Shown: positions 20,710 through 30,217 of the stretch, one piece after another | Numbering within the stretch: position 1 is the stretch's first letter | How the letters are laid out: every line of letters begins with the position of its first letter | Origin: a virus | Length of the DNA: 64,000 nucleotides | Strand: one strand, 5' to 3' | IMG/VR virus record: IMGVR_UViG_3300028534_000016 | Span: 28,152 to 92,151 of that record | Program-made: the position numbers and the translations under genes | The notes under the pieces: generated by a model | The model's input: only the letters and a program-made list of their open reading frames with translations | Told to the model about the DNA's origin: nothing | Database searches by the model: none

Positions 20710-22193
20710 TAGGCGTCCTTCATTTTTATTTTTAAGCTTAAAGCATGTAAGTTATTTTCAGATAGATTTTCCATAAGTTGTTCTATTTGTTTATATGTAC
20801 CATAATTGATTACATATGGATTAAATATCTCGTAAATCTTCTCACTGAATGATTTATCATAGTTCCATTTGGGTACTTCTTTTAAGATAGTATCAATAGT
20901 ATCTAAACTAGATAACATTTCTTTAGTAACAGCCTTATCGAAACTATTAGTTCTTAATTGTCTGACTATGTCGTTACGTATACGTTTATATCTTACATAA
21001 TCTTCATCATATGTAGATACTTTATATGCAAATACTTTACCCTTACCATCTAAGTATTTAAATGCACCAAAAATTATAGCACCCATAATACCAGCAGCCA
21101 CAGGCGAACCAATAGTAATTAATGTAATAGCTGCAAACGTGATAGTTACATATAATGTAGTCAATGTTTCCATTACGAATAACCCTAATTTAAACATTTC
21201 ATAATCAGGATAACCACCCAATACTTTTGTCCATTTATCTAACACTATGACTATCTCATCACCAAGACCAAATCTTGTAGCAAACTGATCTGCTAATGCT
21301 TCACTATCTGTAAGACTATAAGCTGAGTCATTATGGAATGCTGTGCTAGCAGTATATTTATTCAATGTTTTAACCGCAGCAATAACTAGATTATCATTTT
21401 CAATATCTTTAGGATTACCATCTAACACATCTTCATAAATTAATTTAAGAGTAGCTTTCTTACTCTTATTTTTAACTAAAAGATTTTCATGTAACGTATC
21501 TAAAAGAACGCTATCCACATGTAATTTACGATAACTATATTCAATATGTGTAAAAGCATGACCTACCTCGTGTAATAATAGTGCAGTGATTTCTCTTGCA
21601 TTTAAGTTTAGTTTGTGTACTAATGTACCAATATTCGTAGCAACAGCAACTTTATAATCTTTAGGTAAACCTGAAATAGTTGCTTTTTCTAAATCAATAA
21701 GAACACCATCTGCATTAAGTTTTTTACTTAGTTCAGACATACTCTTGACTGTTGCTTCTACGACCGTTTTAATATCTTGTTCAAAATCAATTACTTCTTC
21801 TAGTTTCTTACCAGAAGAACCATTTTGTTTAAGCATTTTAACAGTATTGTTATAGGCTGTTATTGCGTTAGTCTTTAAAATATGATATACATCTTTAGGT
21901 GGTGCAGTAAATATACCATAAGGAGTTTCACTGGCACCGTGTACTACAGGTAATCCTGTTCGTTTTAAAACTAATTGATCTATGCGTTTATAGTGATTTT
22001 TTATAGTTTTATCTTTAAAGTATTTATTACTATCAGTATAACCGATTACTTTAACTTCTCTAATAATTGCTTCGAACTCTTTCTCAAGAGCAGGAACCAA
22101 CCAATCATTTGGTTGTGATGCAATCATTTCTGTAGAGAGCATATGTGGATTATAGTTAATCTTAACTGTTGTTCCGTCCATAATATCTAACAT
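20709..22193 (-). CDS. virion protein with HExxH zinc-metalloprotease motif, phiKZ gp84-like
   Basis: LLHEVGHAF; downstream EALADQFATRFG; hydrophobic segment near the C-terminus. Confidence 0.65.
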   Translation of the reverse strand: MLDIMDGTTVKINYNPHMLSTEMIASQPNDWLVPALEKEFEAIIREVKVIGYTDSNKYFKDKTIKNHYKRIDQLVLKRTGLPVVHGASETPYGIFTAPPKDVYHILKTNAITAYNNTVKMLKQNGSSGKKLEEVIDFEQDIKTVVEATVKSMSELSKKLNADGVLIDLEKATISGLPKDYKVAVATNIGTLVHKLNLNAREITALLLHEVGHAFTHIEYSYRKLHVDSVLLDTLHENLLVKNKSKKATLKLIYEDVLDGNPKDIENDNLVIAAVKTLNKYTASTAFHNDSAYSLTDSEALADQFATRFGLGDEIVIVLDKWTKVLGGYPDYEMFKLGLFVMETLTTLYVTITFAAITLITIGSPVAAGIMGAIIFGAFKYLDGKGKVFAYKVSTYDEDYVRYKRIRNDIVRQLRTNSFDKAVTKEMLSSLDTIDTILKEVPKWNYDKSFSEKIYEIFNPYVINYGTYKQIEQLMENLSENNLHALSLKIKMKDA

Positions 22194-23246
22194 CTATTTT
22201 CCTTTTATAAATTGTTCAGGTTTAACACCTAGTTCAATGCTTGACTTAATTTCATCATGTTTTTTATTCTTTTCTAAAACACCTACTAGTTCAGTGTATA
22301 CATTATTTATATTATTAGCTTTAAAATAACTAACTGATTCTTTTAGTGGGTCTCTTTCACCTGTAAAGATTTTACTTACAAGTTTATATACATAAAGAAA
22401 AATATTATATACTAATAAAGCTACTAATGCTATTCCTAAATAACTTATACTAAAAGCAGCATATAGTGTCATAAGTACTACTACTAATATAATTAAATAA
22501 TTTATTCTAACTAGGATATGTAACTTCTCTTTTTCTTTATCTTCATCATTGTCAGTAGCTTTATCTATGATTAAGTTACTTATTTTTTGTAGTTTGCTAA
22601 TATCACTTGTATTTTCAATATCAGTAGCTGAACCACCCAATATATTTGTGTAAACATATGTTAAATCTTTTCCTTCTTTACTAGCAGAATATATCTTGTT
22701 AGCAACATCTAGAAGTTCTTTACTATCATTTACATTTTTATAAAGTCCCTCTATTGTGTTTAAGATAATGTCTGTAATCTCTTCATCAGTTTTATTTTCT
22801 TCAAAAAGTAACTTATTAAAGTTAAGTCCTACATAGACTACACCTTTACCACTAAACTTTTTTCCGTGTAATTTAATACTGTTATCTTTTACTTTCTCTA
22901 AAGTAGTCTTAATATCTACTTTCTTTCCAGTAATAAATTTATTAATTTCTTTTAAGACGGTGTCACTATTGTTATTTTCAATACTAACCACAATATCTTC
23001 GGCAGGTATAAGTTTAAAATTTAATTTAAATTGTTTCTTAATACCTTTTTCGATAACATCGATATGTTGTTTATATCTGTCTAGCGTAAAATAGACTTGG
23101 TTATCAATATTTAATTTTTTGTCTTTACGTATAACCTCTGTAAGTTGAGCTACTTGTTTTAATAAAACACTTCTATAAAATTCAGTATATTCCTCATTAC
23201 TTAAAGAGATTACTGTATCGTCAATGTCCATGAAGTCATAAAGCAT
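22194..23246 (-). CDS. diverged paralog of the adjacent HExxH protein
   Basis: Similar order of segments (DEEITDIILNTIE aligns to AREITALLLHEVG) and a TM-like stretch, but no HExxH. Confidence 0.5.
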   Translation of the reverse strand: MLYDFMDIDDTVISLSNEEYTEFYRSVLLKQVAQLTEVIRKDKKLNIDNQVYFTLDRYKQHIDVIEKGIKKQFKLNFKLIPAEDIVVSIENNNSDTVLKEINKFITGKKVDIKTTLEKVKDNSIKLHGKKFSGKGVVYVGLNFNKLLFEENKTDEEITDIILNTIEGLYKNVNDSKELLDVANKIYSASKEGKDLTYVYTNILGGSATDIENTSDISKLQKISNLIIDKATDNDEDKEKEKLHILVRINYLIILVVVLMTLYAAFSISYLGIALVALLVYNIFLYVYKLVSKIFTGERDPLKESVSYFKANNINNVYTELVGVLEKNKKHDEIKSSIELGVKPEQFIKGK

Positions 23247-23352
23247 GAGTAATCCTTAGTTGTATATAATCAATTAATATGGTTGTTACTATTCTCTACT
23301 GTTTAAAAATCATAAATACGTTTCATCTATGAAGAAACTATAAGGAAATATT

Positions 23353-24701
23353 ATGGCAGAAATTATTGGTAAAGAGTGTAAATTTGTAGTACACTTACCT
23401 AAAATATCAGGACAACGACCTGATACTCATGTTATTAAAGAACGACTACACTATTCTGACGGAACAACAAGACCCAACTTAAAAATAATTAAAAACTTTA
23501 AACGACCATTTTGGGTAACTAAAGAACACTACAGGAAACACAAAGACAAGAAAGAAGTAGAAGAGTTAGAGAGAGTAAATGAACACTTCTCTACAGAATC
23601 TGATTTAGGAAGGAATATAGCAACTAGGTTAGGTTCTCGTTATAACGGTATTTATAAATTAAGGGATGTTATAGATTCTCCTTATATCTATGGTATTGAT
23701 ACTAAATCAGTAGCTATCATTAAGAAACTCTATATGGATAAATATCCAGATTGTATTAGTCCTTATACTGTAGCTACATTAGATATTGAAAATGATACGT
23801 TAACAAATGAAATTACTATTGTTAGTTTAGTAATGGAAGATAAGATACACACTATTTTAACACAGAAGTTTTTAGATAATAGTGATGCTAATGTAAGAGA
23901 TCCTATTAACAGGATTAAAGACCTTTACCAAAAATATATTCCTGATACCGAAATAAAGAAAAAAGCTAGTATTGAAATTGAAATAGTTAAAGACGAATAT
24001 GAACTAGTTAAGAACATATTTAAAGTAGCACATAAATGGCAACCTGACTTTGTAGCTATCTGGAATATCGATTACGATATACCTATGATGGTAGAAGTTA
24101 TTAAGAAATATGGAGGTGACCCAGCTGATATATTTTCTGACCCTAGTTTACCAAAAGAGTTAAGACACTTTGAATATAAACAAGGACAAAAGAGTAAACT
24201 AACTGAAAGTGGTAAATATACTCCTGTTAACCCAGAAGAACAATGGCATACTGTTAACACACCAGCAACCTTTTACCTTATAGATGCTATGTCTTCGCAC
24301 AGATATGTTCGTGTAGGCGGTAAGACAACTCCTGGCGGGTACAGTTTAGATAACATACTAGCACAAGAGCTAGGTGATAAATTGAAAAAACTAAAGTTCG
24401 GTGACGAGGATAAATATAAAGGTATCGAGTGGCACCAATATATGACTAAAAACATGCCTCTGGAATATGCTGTTTATAATATGTGGGACTGTATGTCAAT
24501 GATTGAGCTAGATAAGAAAACAAAAGACTTATCTACAGTATTACCAATGTTAGCAGGTTATTCACACTTTAGTATTTTTAATAGTGGCCCTAAAAAGATT
24601 GTAGACGGAATGCACTTCTACGTATTAGAACGTGGTAAAGTGTTAGGAGTAAGACCATCCAGAGTTGAAGATAATAAGATACTCGGATTGGATGATTGGA
24701 T
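23353..24701 (+). CDS. split family B DNA polymerase, exonuclease/motif-A subunit (phiKZ gp82-like), exon 1
   Basis: TLDIEND (Exo I), AIWNIDYDI (Exo II), YNMWDC (Exo III); ends GLDDW-I at the 5' splice site. Confidence 0.85.
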
Positions 24702-25143
24702 AAAAGAATCTATGATTAATAATAGATGATGTCCCTATATTAAGCAATTAATATAGAAAATAAACCTAATTGCGGGGAACCCCTAAAGCTAATAACTACC
24801 ACTTACACGTGGAAACATAGTGTAATACTAGACCCACTAATGGAAGAGTCTAGCATGGTAAAAACGTTATTAGATATATGGGTGATCGACGCAGCGAAGC
24901 ACCTTAAACAGCGAGAGCTATCCTATATGGAGCGTGTGAGTTCAACGACTATCCCTTATGGGAGTAGGGCCTAAGCAGGTGGGTGAGAATCCCTTAAATC
25001 GAAACGGTTTATTCCTATTATATTATATAACAGGAAATGATATAGTCTATTCTAACATGAAAGTGTTAGCTGATTAGTTCTACTTAACAGTAGTATAAAG
25101 CAACTAATCGTGTATGTAGTAGCGATACATACAGAATATAAAG
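24702..25143 (+). mobile_element. group I intron 1 in the DNA polymerase gene (442 nt, no ORF)
   Basis: P AATTGCGGGGAAC, Q CGACGCAGCGAAG, R GTTCAACGACTA, S ATGATATAGTC; P1 GGAT|...GTCC with G-U; P3 ATAAACC/GGTTTAT; terminal G; splicing restores WIILLPSH. Confidence 0.9.
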
Positions 25144-25246
25144 AATTTTACTTCCGTCCCATAGAATTAAAAATAATGGATTATGTCTAGTAGAAGAAGA
25201 CCCTACTTTACATATGAATACTAGGGCGTACATATACGATTCGGAT
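25144..25246 (+). CDS. DNA polymerase subunit exon 2 (103 nt)
   Basis: Encodes ILLPSHRIKNNGLCLVEEDPTLHMNTRAYIYDSD, in frame after splicing. Confidence 0.85.
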
Positions 25247-25697
25247 TTTAATAGCATTATTTCACATTTAAACTTAAAGAAAGATATATGTGCTAAGTCC
25301 TGTTACATAGTAATATGTAACTGAATTCTATCTAATTGCGGGAAACTCTCGTTATGTAACAAGTACTACTTACAGCTAGAAATAGACTGTAACATTCATA
25401 CCAGTAATGGAAGTTATGAATATAGTAAAAACCTTGTTAATAGAGACAACCGACGCAGCGAAGTACCTAACCTGTAACTACAGTATGGTATGTGTTCAAC
25501 GACTATCCCTTGGCTCGATCGTAATAAAGAGCAACAGGAGTAGGGCCTAAGCAGGTGGGTGAGAATCCCTTAAATCGAAATGGTAGACACCCTAACTATG
25601 TATATAGTGGGTGAAGATATAGTCTCGACTTCTAGTGAGAGCTAGAGAAGTTCATGAGAGAACTGCTGGGTAGTAGCGATACCTGGTGAAGATAACG
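25247..25697 (+). mobile_element. group I intron 2 in the DNA polymerase gene (451 nt, no ORF)
   Basis: P AATTGCGGGAAAC, Q CGACGCAGCGAAG, R GTTCAACGACTA, S AAGATATAGTC; P1 GGAT|...GTCC; terminal G; splicing restores motif A D|CVSSYPS. Confidence 0.9.
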
Positions 25698-25916
25698 TGT
25701 GTTTCATCATATCCTAGCGATACCATGGCTGCTAACGTTAGTAAAGACACTACGTCTAAACAACTAATAAATGTAGAAGGTATACCTAAGGATACTTTTA
25801 AGAAACAAAATATTAACCTATTCTTCGGAGAAGTTAATGCTATAGAGTATTGTAACACTATGTATAACTTTCCTGATTTAGACAAACTAAATGAAAAAAT
25901 AAAAGAGATGTTATAG
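25698..25916 (+). CDS. DNA polymerase subunit exon 3
   Basis: CVSSYPSDTMAANVSKDTT; completes PolB motif A; spliced product 556 aa. Confidence 0.85.
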   Translation, partial: CVSSYPSDTMAANVSKDTTSKQLINVEGIPKDTFKKQNINLFFGEVNAIEYCNTMYNFPDLDKLNEKIKEML

Positions 25917-25942
25917 AGTAGAACCTTAAGGTTCTACTCTAT
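25913..25942. terminator. perfect 30-bp palindrome between convergent genes
   Basis: ATAGAGTAGAACCTTAAGGTTCTACTCTAT. Confidence 0.75.
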
Positions 25943-26707
25943 GATGATTGTATCTTGTTGCGTATAAAGATACGCTGCAGCACCAGCTACCGCTAGTCCT
26001 AAGATAGTTGCACCGATTCCTACTTTGTGTTTAGCGAACTTACATTTAATTCCGCATTTATCTTCTTCTTTTGCTTCAGTCTCTTTTGTCTCGTTGTTTG
26101 TTTTGTTCTCTTTCATTGTTTCTTCCTTTTTGTTTGTTTTGTTTTCATTTTGTTTTAAATCTTCATCGATTTGATCTTTAATGTCTTTGACACGCTCTCT
26201 TGTTTTTTCCATACTTTCTTTAAGCTCATCTTTTTGTGTATTGTTTTCTTGCATCGTTTCTTCCTTTTGTTGTAGTTGTTCTTTTACTTTTTCAGGGTTC
26301 ATTTCATACCCTGCTTCTTTAATTTTTCTAGCGTATGCTACGGCCTCTTCGATTACCTCTTCTGGTAATGGAGCATATGGATGCTCTTCCCAGTATTTAA
26401 AGATAACAGTCATAGGTTCTAAGTAAGGTGTGTTAAGTACACTGTTAACCTTACGAAAGTTTTCAATGCCTCCAAAGAACTCGTTAATGAATGTATCAAA
26501 TTGTTCTTCTTTCACTAGTTTGTCTAAAATCTCTTTAGCTGCATTAGAGTTAACTAGTGCTGTTTCAGGGTCGGTATCTTCATAATGTGCTTTGTAGAAA
26601 TAGAACATTAATTTGTTATATTCCATTTCAAGGACGGTTGTGTCTTCTGTAGCAGTAATTATTTCGACTACTTCTACTTCCTCTTCTGTATTGTCGTGTA
26701 TTGCCAT
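25934..26707 (-). CDS. acidic coiled-coil protein with a C-terminal membrane anchor
   Basis: 257 aa; E/K-rich repeats (ETMQENNT, ETMKENKT); VGIGATILGLAVAGAAAYLY TM segment; GGAGG SD. Confidence 0.7.
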   Translation of the reverse strand: MAIHDNTEEEVEVVEIITATEDTTVLEMEYNKLMFYFYKAHYEDTDPETALVNSNAAKEILDKLVKEEQFDTFINEFFGGIENFRKVNSVLNTPYLEPMTVIFKYWEEHPYAPLPEEVIEEAVAYARKIKEAGYEMNPEKVKEQLQQKEETMQENNTQKDELKESMEKTRERVKDIKDQIDEDLKQNENKTNKKEETMKENKTNNETKETEAKEEDKCGIKCKFAKHKVGIGATILGLAVAGAAAYLYTQQDTIIIE

Positions 26708-26709
26708 AG

Positions 26710-26844
26710 TTAAACCTCCGCTAATAGCTCTTTGTTTGTGTTTTCAAACTCTTTCTCTTGTTCCTCAAAAGATTTTTCATTTGACATAGTTATAAAATGT
26801 CCTTCGTCATATGTCGTGAAATGTTTATATTTTTTATCACTCAT
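26710..26844 (-). CDS. small hypothetical protein (44 aa, not in ORF track)
   Basis: MSDKKYKHFTTYDEGHFITMSNEKSFEEQEKEFENTNKELLAEV; AAGGA SD; fills the gap between neighbours exactly. Confidence 0.6.
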   Translation of the reverse strand: MSDKKYKHFTTYDEGHFITMSNEKSFEEQEKEFENTNKELLAEV

Positions 26845-26847
26845 CGT

Positions 26848-27132
26848 TTATCCTTTATATTTGATTACAGGTTCACCGTATGGTGTAAACTCTGTTTGTA
26901 GCTCTCTTCTTTGTGTCTGCTTAACACAATCCCATACCATAACTTTTAAGATTTTGTTTACTTGCATAAGTTGTCTAGTAGCAAACTTAGCGTTTGTTAA
27001 TGCCATATTGCTTACTCTAGTAAGTTCATTGTTGACATACTTTTGTAATCTTAAAAAGTCGTGGTTAGACACTAACCCTTGTTGTCTTAAACCTTCTGCT
27101 ACTGTGATTGCGTTCTCTACTGTGATTTCCAT
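26848..27132 (-). CDS. hypothetical protein
   Basis: 94 aa; AAGGAG SD. Confidence 0.7.
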   Translation of the reverse strand: MEITVENAITVAEGLRQQGLVSNHDFLRLQKYVNNELTRVSNMALTNAKFATRQLMQVNKILKVMVWDCVKQTQRRELQTEFTPYGEPVIKYKG

Positions 27133-27193
27133 TGTTTACTCCTTGTTATGTTATGATGTATTAGCTATTTACATCATAATGGTCAATATACAT

Positions 27194-27219
27194 TACTGCT
27201 AGTTCTGTGACTAGCAGTA
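27194..27219. terminator. hairpin
   Basis: TACTGCTAGT-TCTGTG-ACTAGCAGTA. Confidence 0.6.
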
Positions 27220-27297
27220 TGTGAAACTTTAATGTATTTAGTTATAAGGTAACAACCCTCTTTAGTATTTAAAGTGCAGAAGAGCTACACTGTAATG

Positions 27298-27540
27298 TTA
27301 TTTGTTGTTATGAATTAATTCAGTCAACATATCTACTGTTGAGTTAGTCTTAGGTATATAACTACTAACATATGTACCATTCGTAGGTGTAATCACTGTA
27401 ACATGATTTGTTGGCCAGTTATTGCTAAGAACAGAAATACCGTTTATTTCAATAGCATATCTATTACCAAATACTACTTCTTTTACTAACGACTTAATCG
27501 CACCTTTGTTTTTCATATTTCTAATTAGTACTAATCTCAT
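27298..27540 (-). CDS. hypothetical protein
   Basis: 80 aa; AGGAG SD. Confidence 0.65.
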   Translation of the reverse strand: MRLVLIRNMKNKGAIKSLVKEVVFGNRYAIEINGISVLSNNWPTNHVTVITPTNGTYVSSYIPKTNSTVDMLTELIHNNK

Positions 27541-27612
27541 TGCTTACTCCTGTTATCGTATGTTTAATCTACCTTTATTATATGTGTTTATAAATTCTAC
27601 GAAATACAAAAT

Positions 27613-27645
27613 ATACATAGTATAGCCATAAGCTATACTATGTAT
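27613..27645. terminator. hairpin
   Basis: ATACATAGTATAGC-CATAA-GCTATACTATGTAT. Confidence 0.7.
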
Positions 27646-27650
27646 CTATA

Positions 27651-28433
27651 TTATACTGCGTAATATTTTTGAATATTTGCAATAACACCATCTGTTAATG
27701 ATGTAGTATTTTTATCAAGAGCTTTAGTAAGATTTACTTTCTTAATATTCTCTTTACGTTTACTTAGGTCAGCAAGTGTATTGATAACGATTGCTAAGTT
27801 ATGTAGTGTTTGCATATCTTTCTTATTCCAAGTCCAATAAGCATCAAATCTACAAAGTGCAGGTGTGCTAAATGCATCCTGATAATTCATAACAGCTAAG
27901 TTAATAATATCGAATTTAACTTTAAAACTATTGTAGTCTGGATCACTAAGAGCAGACTTAAGAGTCATAAGTAAATCATATTGTTTACTAGCGCCGAACT
28001 TAGGATCAGTAATTCCTGTAGAAGACATAGCTTCTCTGTATCCAATAAGTTTACTAACTAAACTTTTAAATACCGGAACACCCTTTTCAGCGATACGTTG
28101 TAGTTTCTCATCAACAGTTAATGATGGGTCTTTAAGAAGTTGAGCGATATCATCTTTAGTAAGCATAGCAGCCACAGTAGCAGCTTCTTCAGTTACTCCA
28201 GTAATGATTTCTTTATCTTGTTCAGATTTTTCTTCTGACTTATCTTCTTCAGGAGCTTCAGTTATTTCTTGTTCTTCAGAACTAGATTCTTCTACAGCAG
28301 GAATTACTTCCTGTACATCTTCAGTTTCTGTTACTTCAGATTCTTCAAGTACTTCTTGTTCTTCAGTTTCTGCTACTTCAGGAACTTCAACTGTTTCTTG
28401 TTCTTTAGGTTGTCTGTTTTTACGTTTACCCAT
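27651..28433 (-). CDS. conserved hypothetical protein with an acidic disordered N-terminus
   Basis: 260 aa; E-rich first 80 aa, then a folded domain. Confidence 0.65.
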   Translation of the reverse strand: MGKRKNRQPKEQETVEVPEVAETEEQEVLEESEVTETEDVQEVIPAVEESSSEEQEITEAPEEDKSEEKSEQDKEIITGVTEEAATVAAMLTKDDIAQLLKDPSLTVDEKLQRIAEKGVPVFKSLVSKLIGYREAMSSTGITDPKFGASKQYDLLMTLKSALSDPDYNSFKVKFDIINLAVMNYQDAFSTPALCRFDAYWTWNKKDMQTLHNLAIVINTLADLSKRKENIKKVNLTKALDKNTTSLTDGVIANIQKYYAV

Positions 28434-28485
28434 TATTTAAATCCTTTAAGGTTAAATTAAATTTCATTTAAATACTAATGAAGAC

Positions 28486-29232
28486 TTAGAAAGTCTTCAC
28501 TAATTCAACTAGTCTACTCACAGCATCTTCATTTTTAAGGTTAAAAACAGGGATACCTAATACATCACAAATACTAATAGAAAACGAAATATTTCCAGTT
28601 TTCTTATAGTCAATTTGTTTAATAGTCTCAGCACCATCTGGAGAATAACATAGCATTAGTTTAATAGGATTATCTACATTTTCACCTAAGATAACATGTA
28701 CGTCTCTAGCAAGAATAGCTCTTACTGGGTTAGGTAGTTTCTTAAATGCTTTATGGTAATACGCAGCAACATGATATGCTTTTTCATTTGGTCTTTTCAT
28801 CTTAGGAGTAATACTAGTATTGAAGCTTTTCCATGGTAAATACATTTCTACTCTAGCTAAGTCAATATCTAGTACTTGGTTAATAAATGGTTCTTGGTCA
28901 CCATTGTATCTAAGCATGAAACCTTTAGCCATAAGTATTTTACTAATGTCTACAAATTTCTTTTCAATTTCAGGTGGAATAGCGTCATCACCTTTATGGA
29001 ATACAATTGTAAAATATTTACCAAGAGGATTCATTTTACTTCTATCTAACTTAGTAGGTTCGATTTCAGTATCTTCCCATAAATTGATTTTGTTTTTATT
29101 CCCGCCTTGGTAGGTATTATTACCTTTATATTCTTGTTTGCCTGTGTCAGGCTTGCTAGCTGCTGTTTCTTCATTAGCAAATGGTTTGTCATCACTTTCT
29201 AATAAATTTAATAAATCATCTTCGTTTGTCAT
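28486..29232 (-). CDS. SLOG-family (DprA/YpsA-like) protein
   Basis: LARDVHVILG...LCYSPDG...TGN..GIPVFNL pattern of phage SLOG proteins. Confidence 0.6.
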   Translation of the reverse strand: MTNEDDLLNLLESDDKPFANEETAASKPDTGKQEYKGNNTYQGGNKNKINLWEDTEIEPTKLDRSKMNPLGKYFTIVFHKGDDAIPPEIEKKFVDISKILMAKGFMLRYNGDQEPFINQVLDIDLARVEMYLPWKSFNTSITPKMKRPNEKAYHVAAYYHKAFKKLPNPVRAILARDVHVILGENVDNPIKLMLCYSPDGAETIKQIDYKKTGNISFSISICDVLGIPVFNLKNEDAVSRLVELVKTF

Positions 29233-29322
29233 AAGAGTTCCTTGGGTTATTGTTTCAGTTAAAAGAGTCTAATAAAAAATATACATAGCTATTGTATGAC
29301 TACAAATATGAAGGATAACAGT

Positions 29323-30216
29323 ATGGAAAATGAAGAGAATCTTCCTTTTGAAATAGATGAGGCACTTGAGAGATTATTGGTTACATTATTTGGATATAAA
29401 ACTTACTTATTTTATAAGAATCTTTTTGAATTACTTTCTTATTACAATATACCTGCAGATACACTTATATTATCAGAAATAGTAAATAATGATATAGATG
29501 ATTCAGAAGTAAAAGCATATATAGTTTCTTATACTAAAGATAAAGTAAATGAAGTGTTAGAAAACAATTACGGAGTAGCTCTTTCTAAAGAAGGAACATT
29601 AGAACAGTTTTATAAAACACTTTATGTATTTAATGTATTAGAAGATATTGATGTATTAACGATAGAACCATTAATAAAACAATTGGAAGATGATACATTA
29701 GAAGACAATGACAAACTAATAGGGTTAATTAGTACACTAACAACTATTGACCCCTATGTTTATTCTTCGGTAATAGAATATATACAGCCTAGTAAATTAA
29801 ATGCTATTATAGAAACGCTTTCTAAAACATTAGAAATAATTAAAGAAGCAAATAGCGAAGACATTATTAATCAAATGAAAAAATTAGCTATATTGCTTAC
29901 AGGAACACGATACATTATGAAAACCAAACTTTATAGCATATATACAGGTAACGAAGAGATAGAAGATAATATCACACTTTATAGTAATGACATCATGAAC
30001 AATATTAACCATTATCTTAATGGTACACTTACTGAGAAACAGTTAGCAGTTATCATAGTAGGTTATCTTTTATTGTACACAGATGACTATCTTTCACTTC
30101 TAGAAGAGTATAAAGAATCAGTAGAACCTTTTATTTTAGAAGAATATGATTTAAAAACAACTGAAACTATAGCTAAAGCTGTTAAACAATATATAAACAA
30201 ATTAATAGGAAACTAA
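29323..30216 (+). CDS. conserved hypothetical protein
   Basis: About 297 aa; ATG at 29323 after AAGGA. Confidence 0.65.
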   Translation: MENEENLPFEIDEALERLLVTLFGYKTYLFYKNLFELLSYYNIPADTLILSEIVNNDIDDSEVKAYIVSYTKDKVNEVLENNYGVALSKEGTLEQFYKTLYVFNVLEDIDVLTIEPLIKQLEDDTLEDNDKLIGLISTLTTIDPYVYSSVIEYIQPSKLNAIIETLSKTLEIIKEANSEDIINQMKKLAILLTGTRYIMKTKLYSIYTGNEEIEDNITLYSNDIMNNINHYLNGTLTEKQLAVIIVGYLLLYTDDYLSLLEEYKESVEPFILEEYDLKTTETIAKAVKQYINKLIGN

Positions 30217-30217
30217 C

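Noticed and set aside
25652-25916. Stand-alone 76-77 aa ORFs at the end of the polymerase locus and at 39208-39441
   Set aside because: 25686-25916 and 39208-39441 are terminal exons whose apparent starts lie inside introns; 25652-25885 is an antisense shadow
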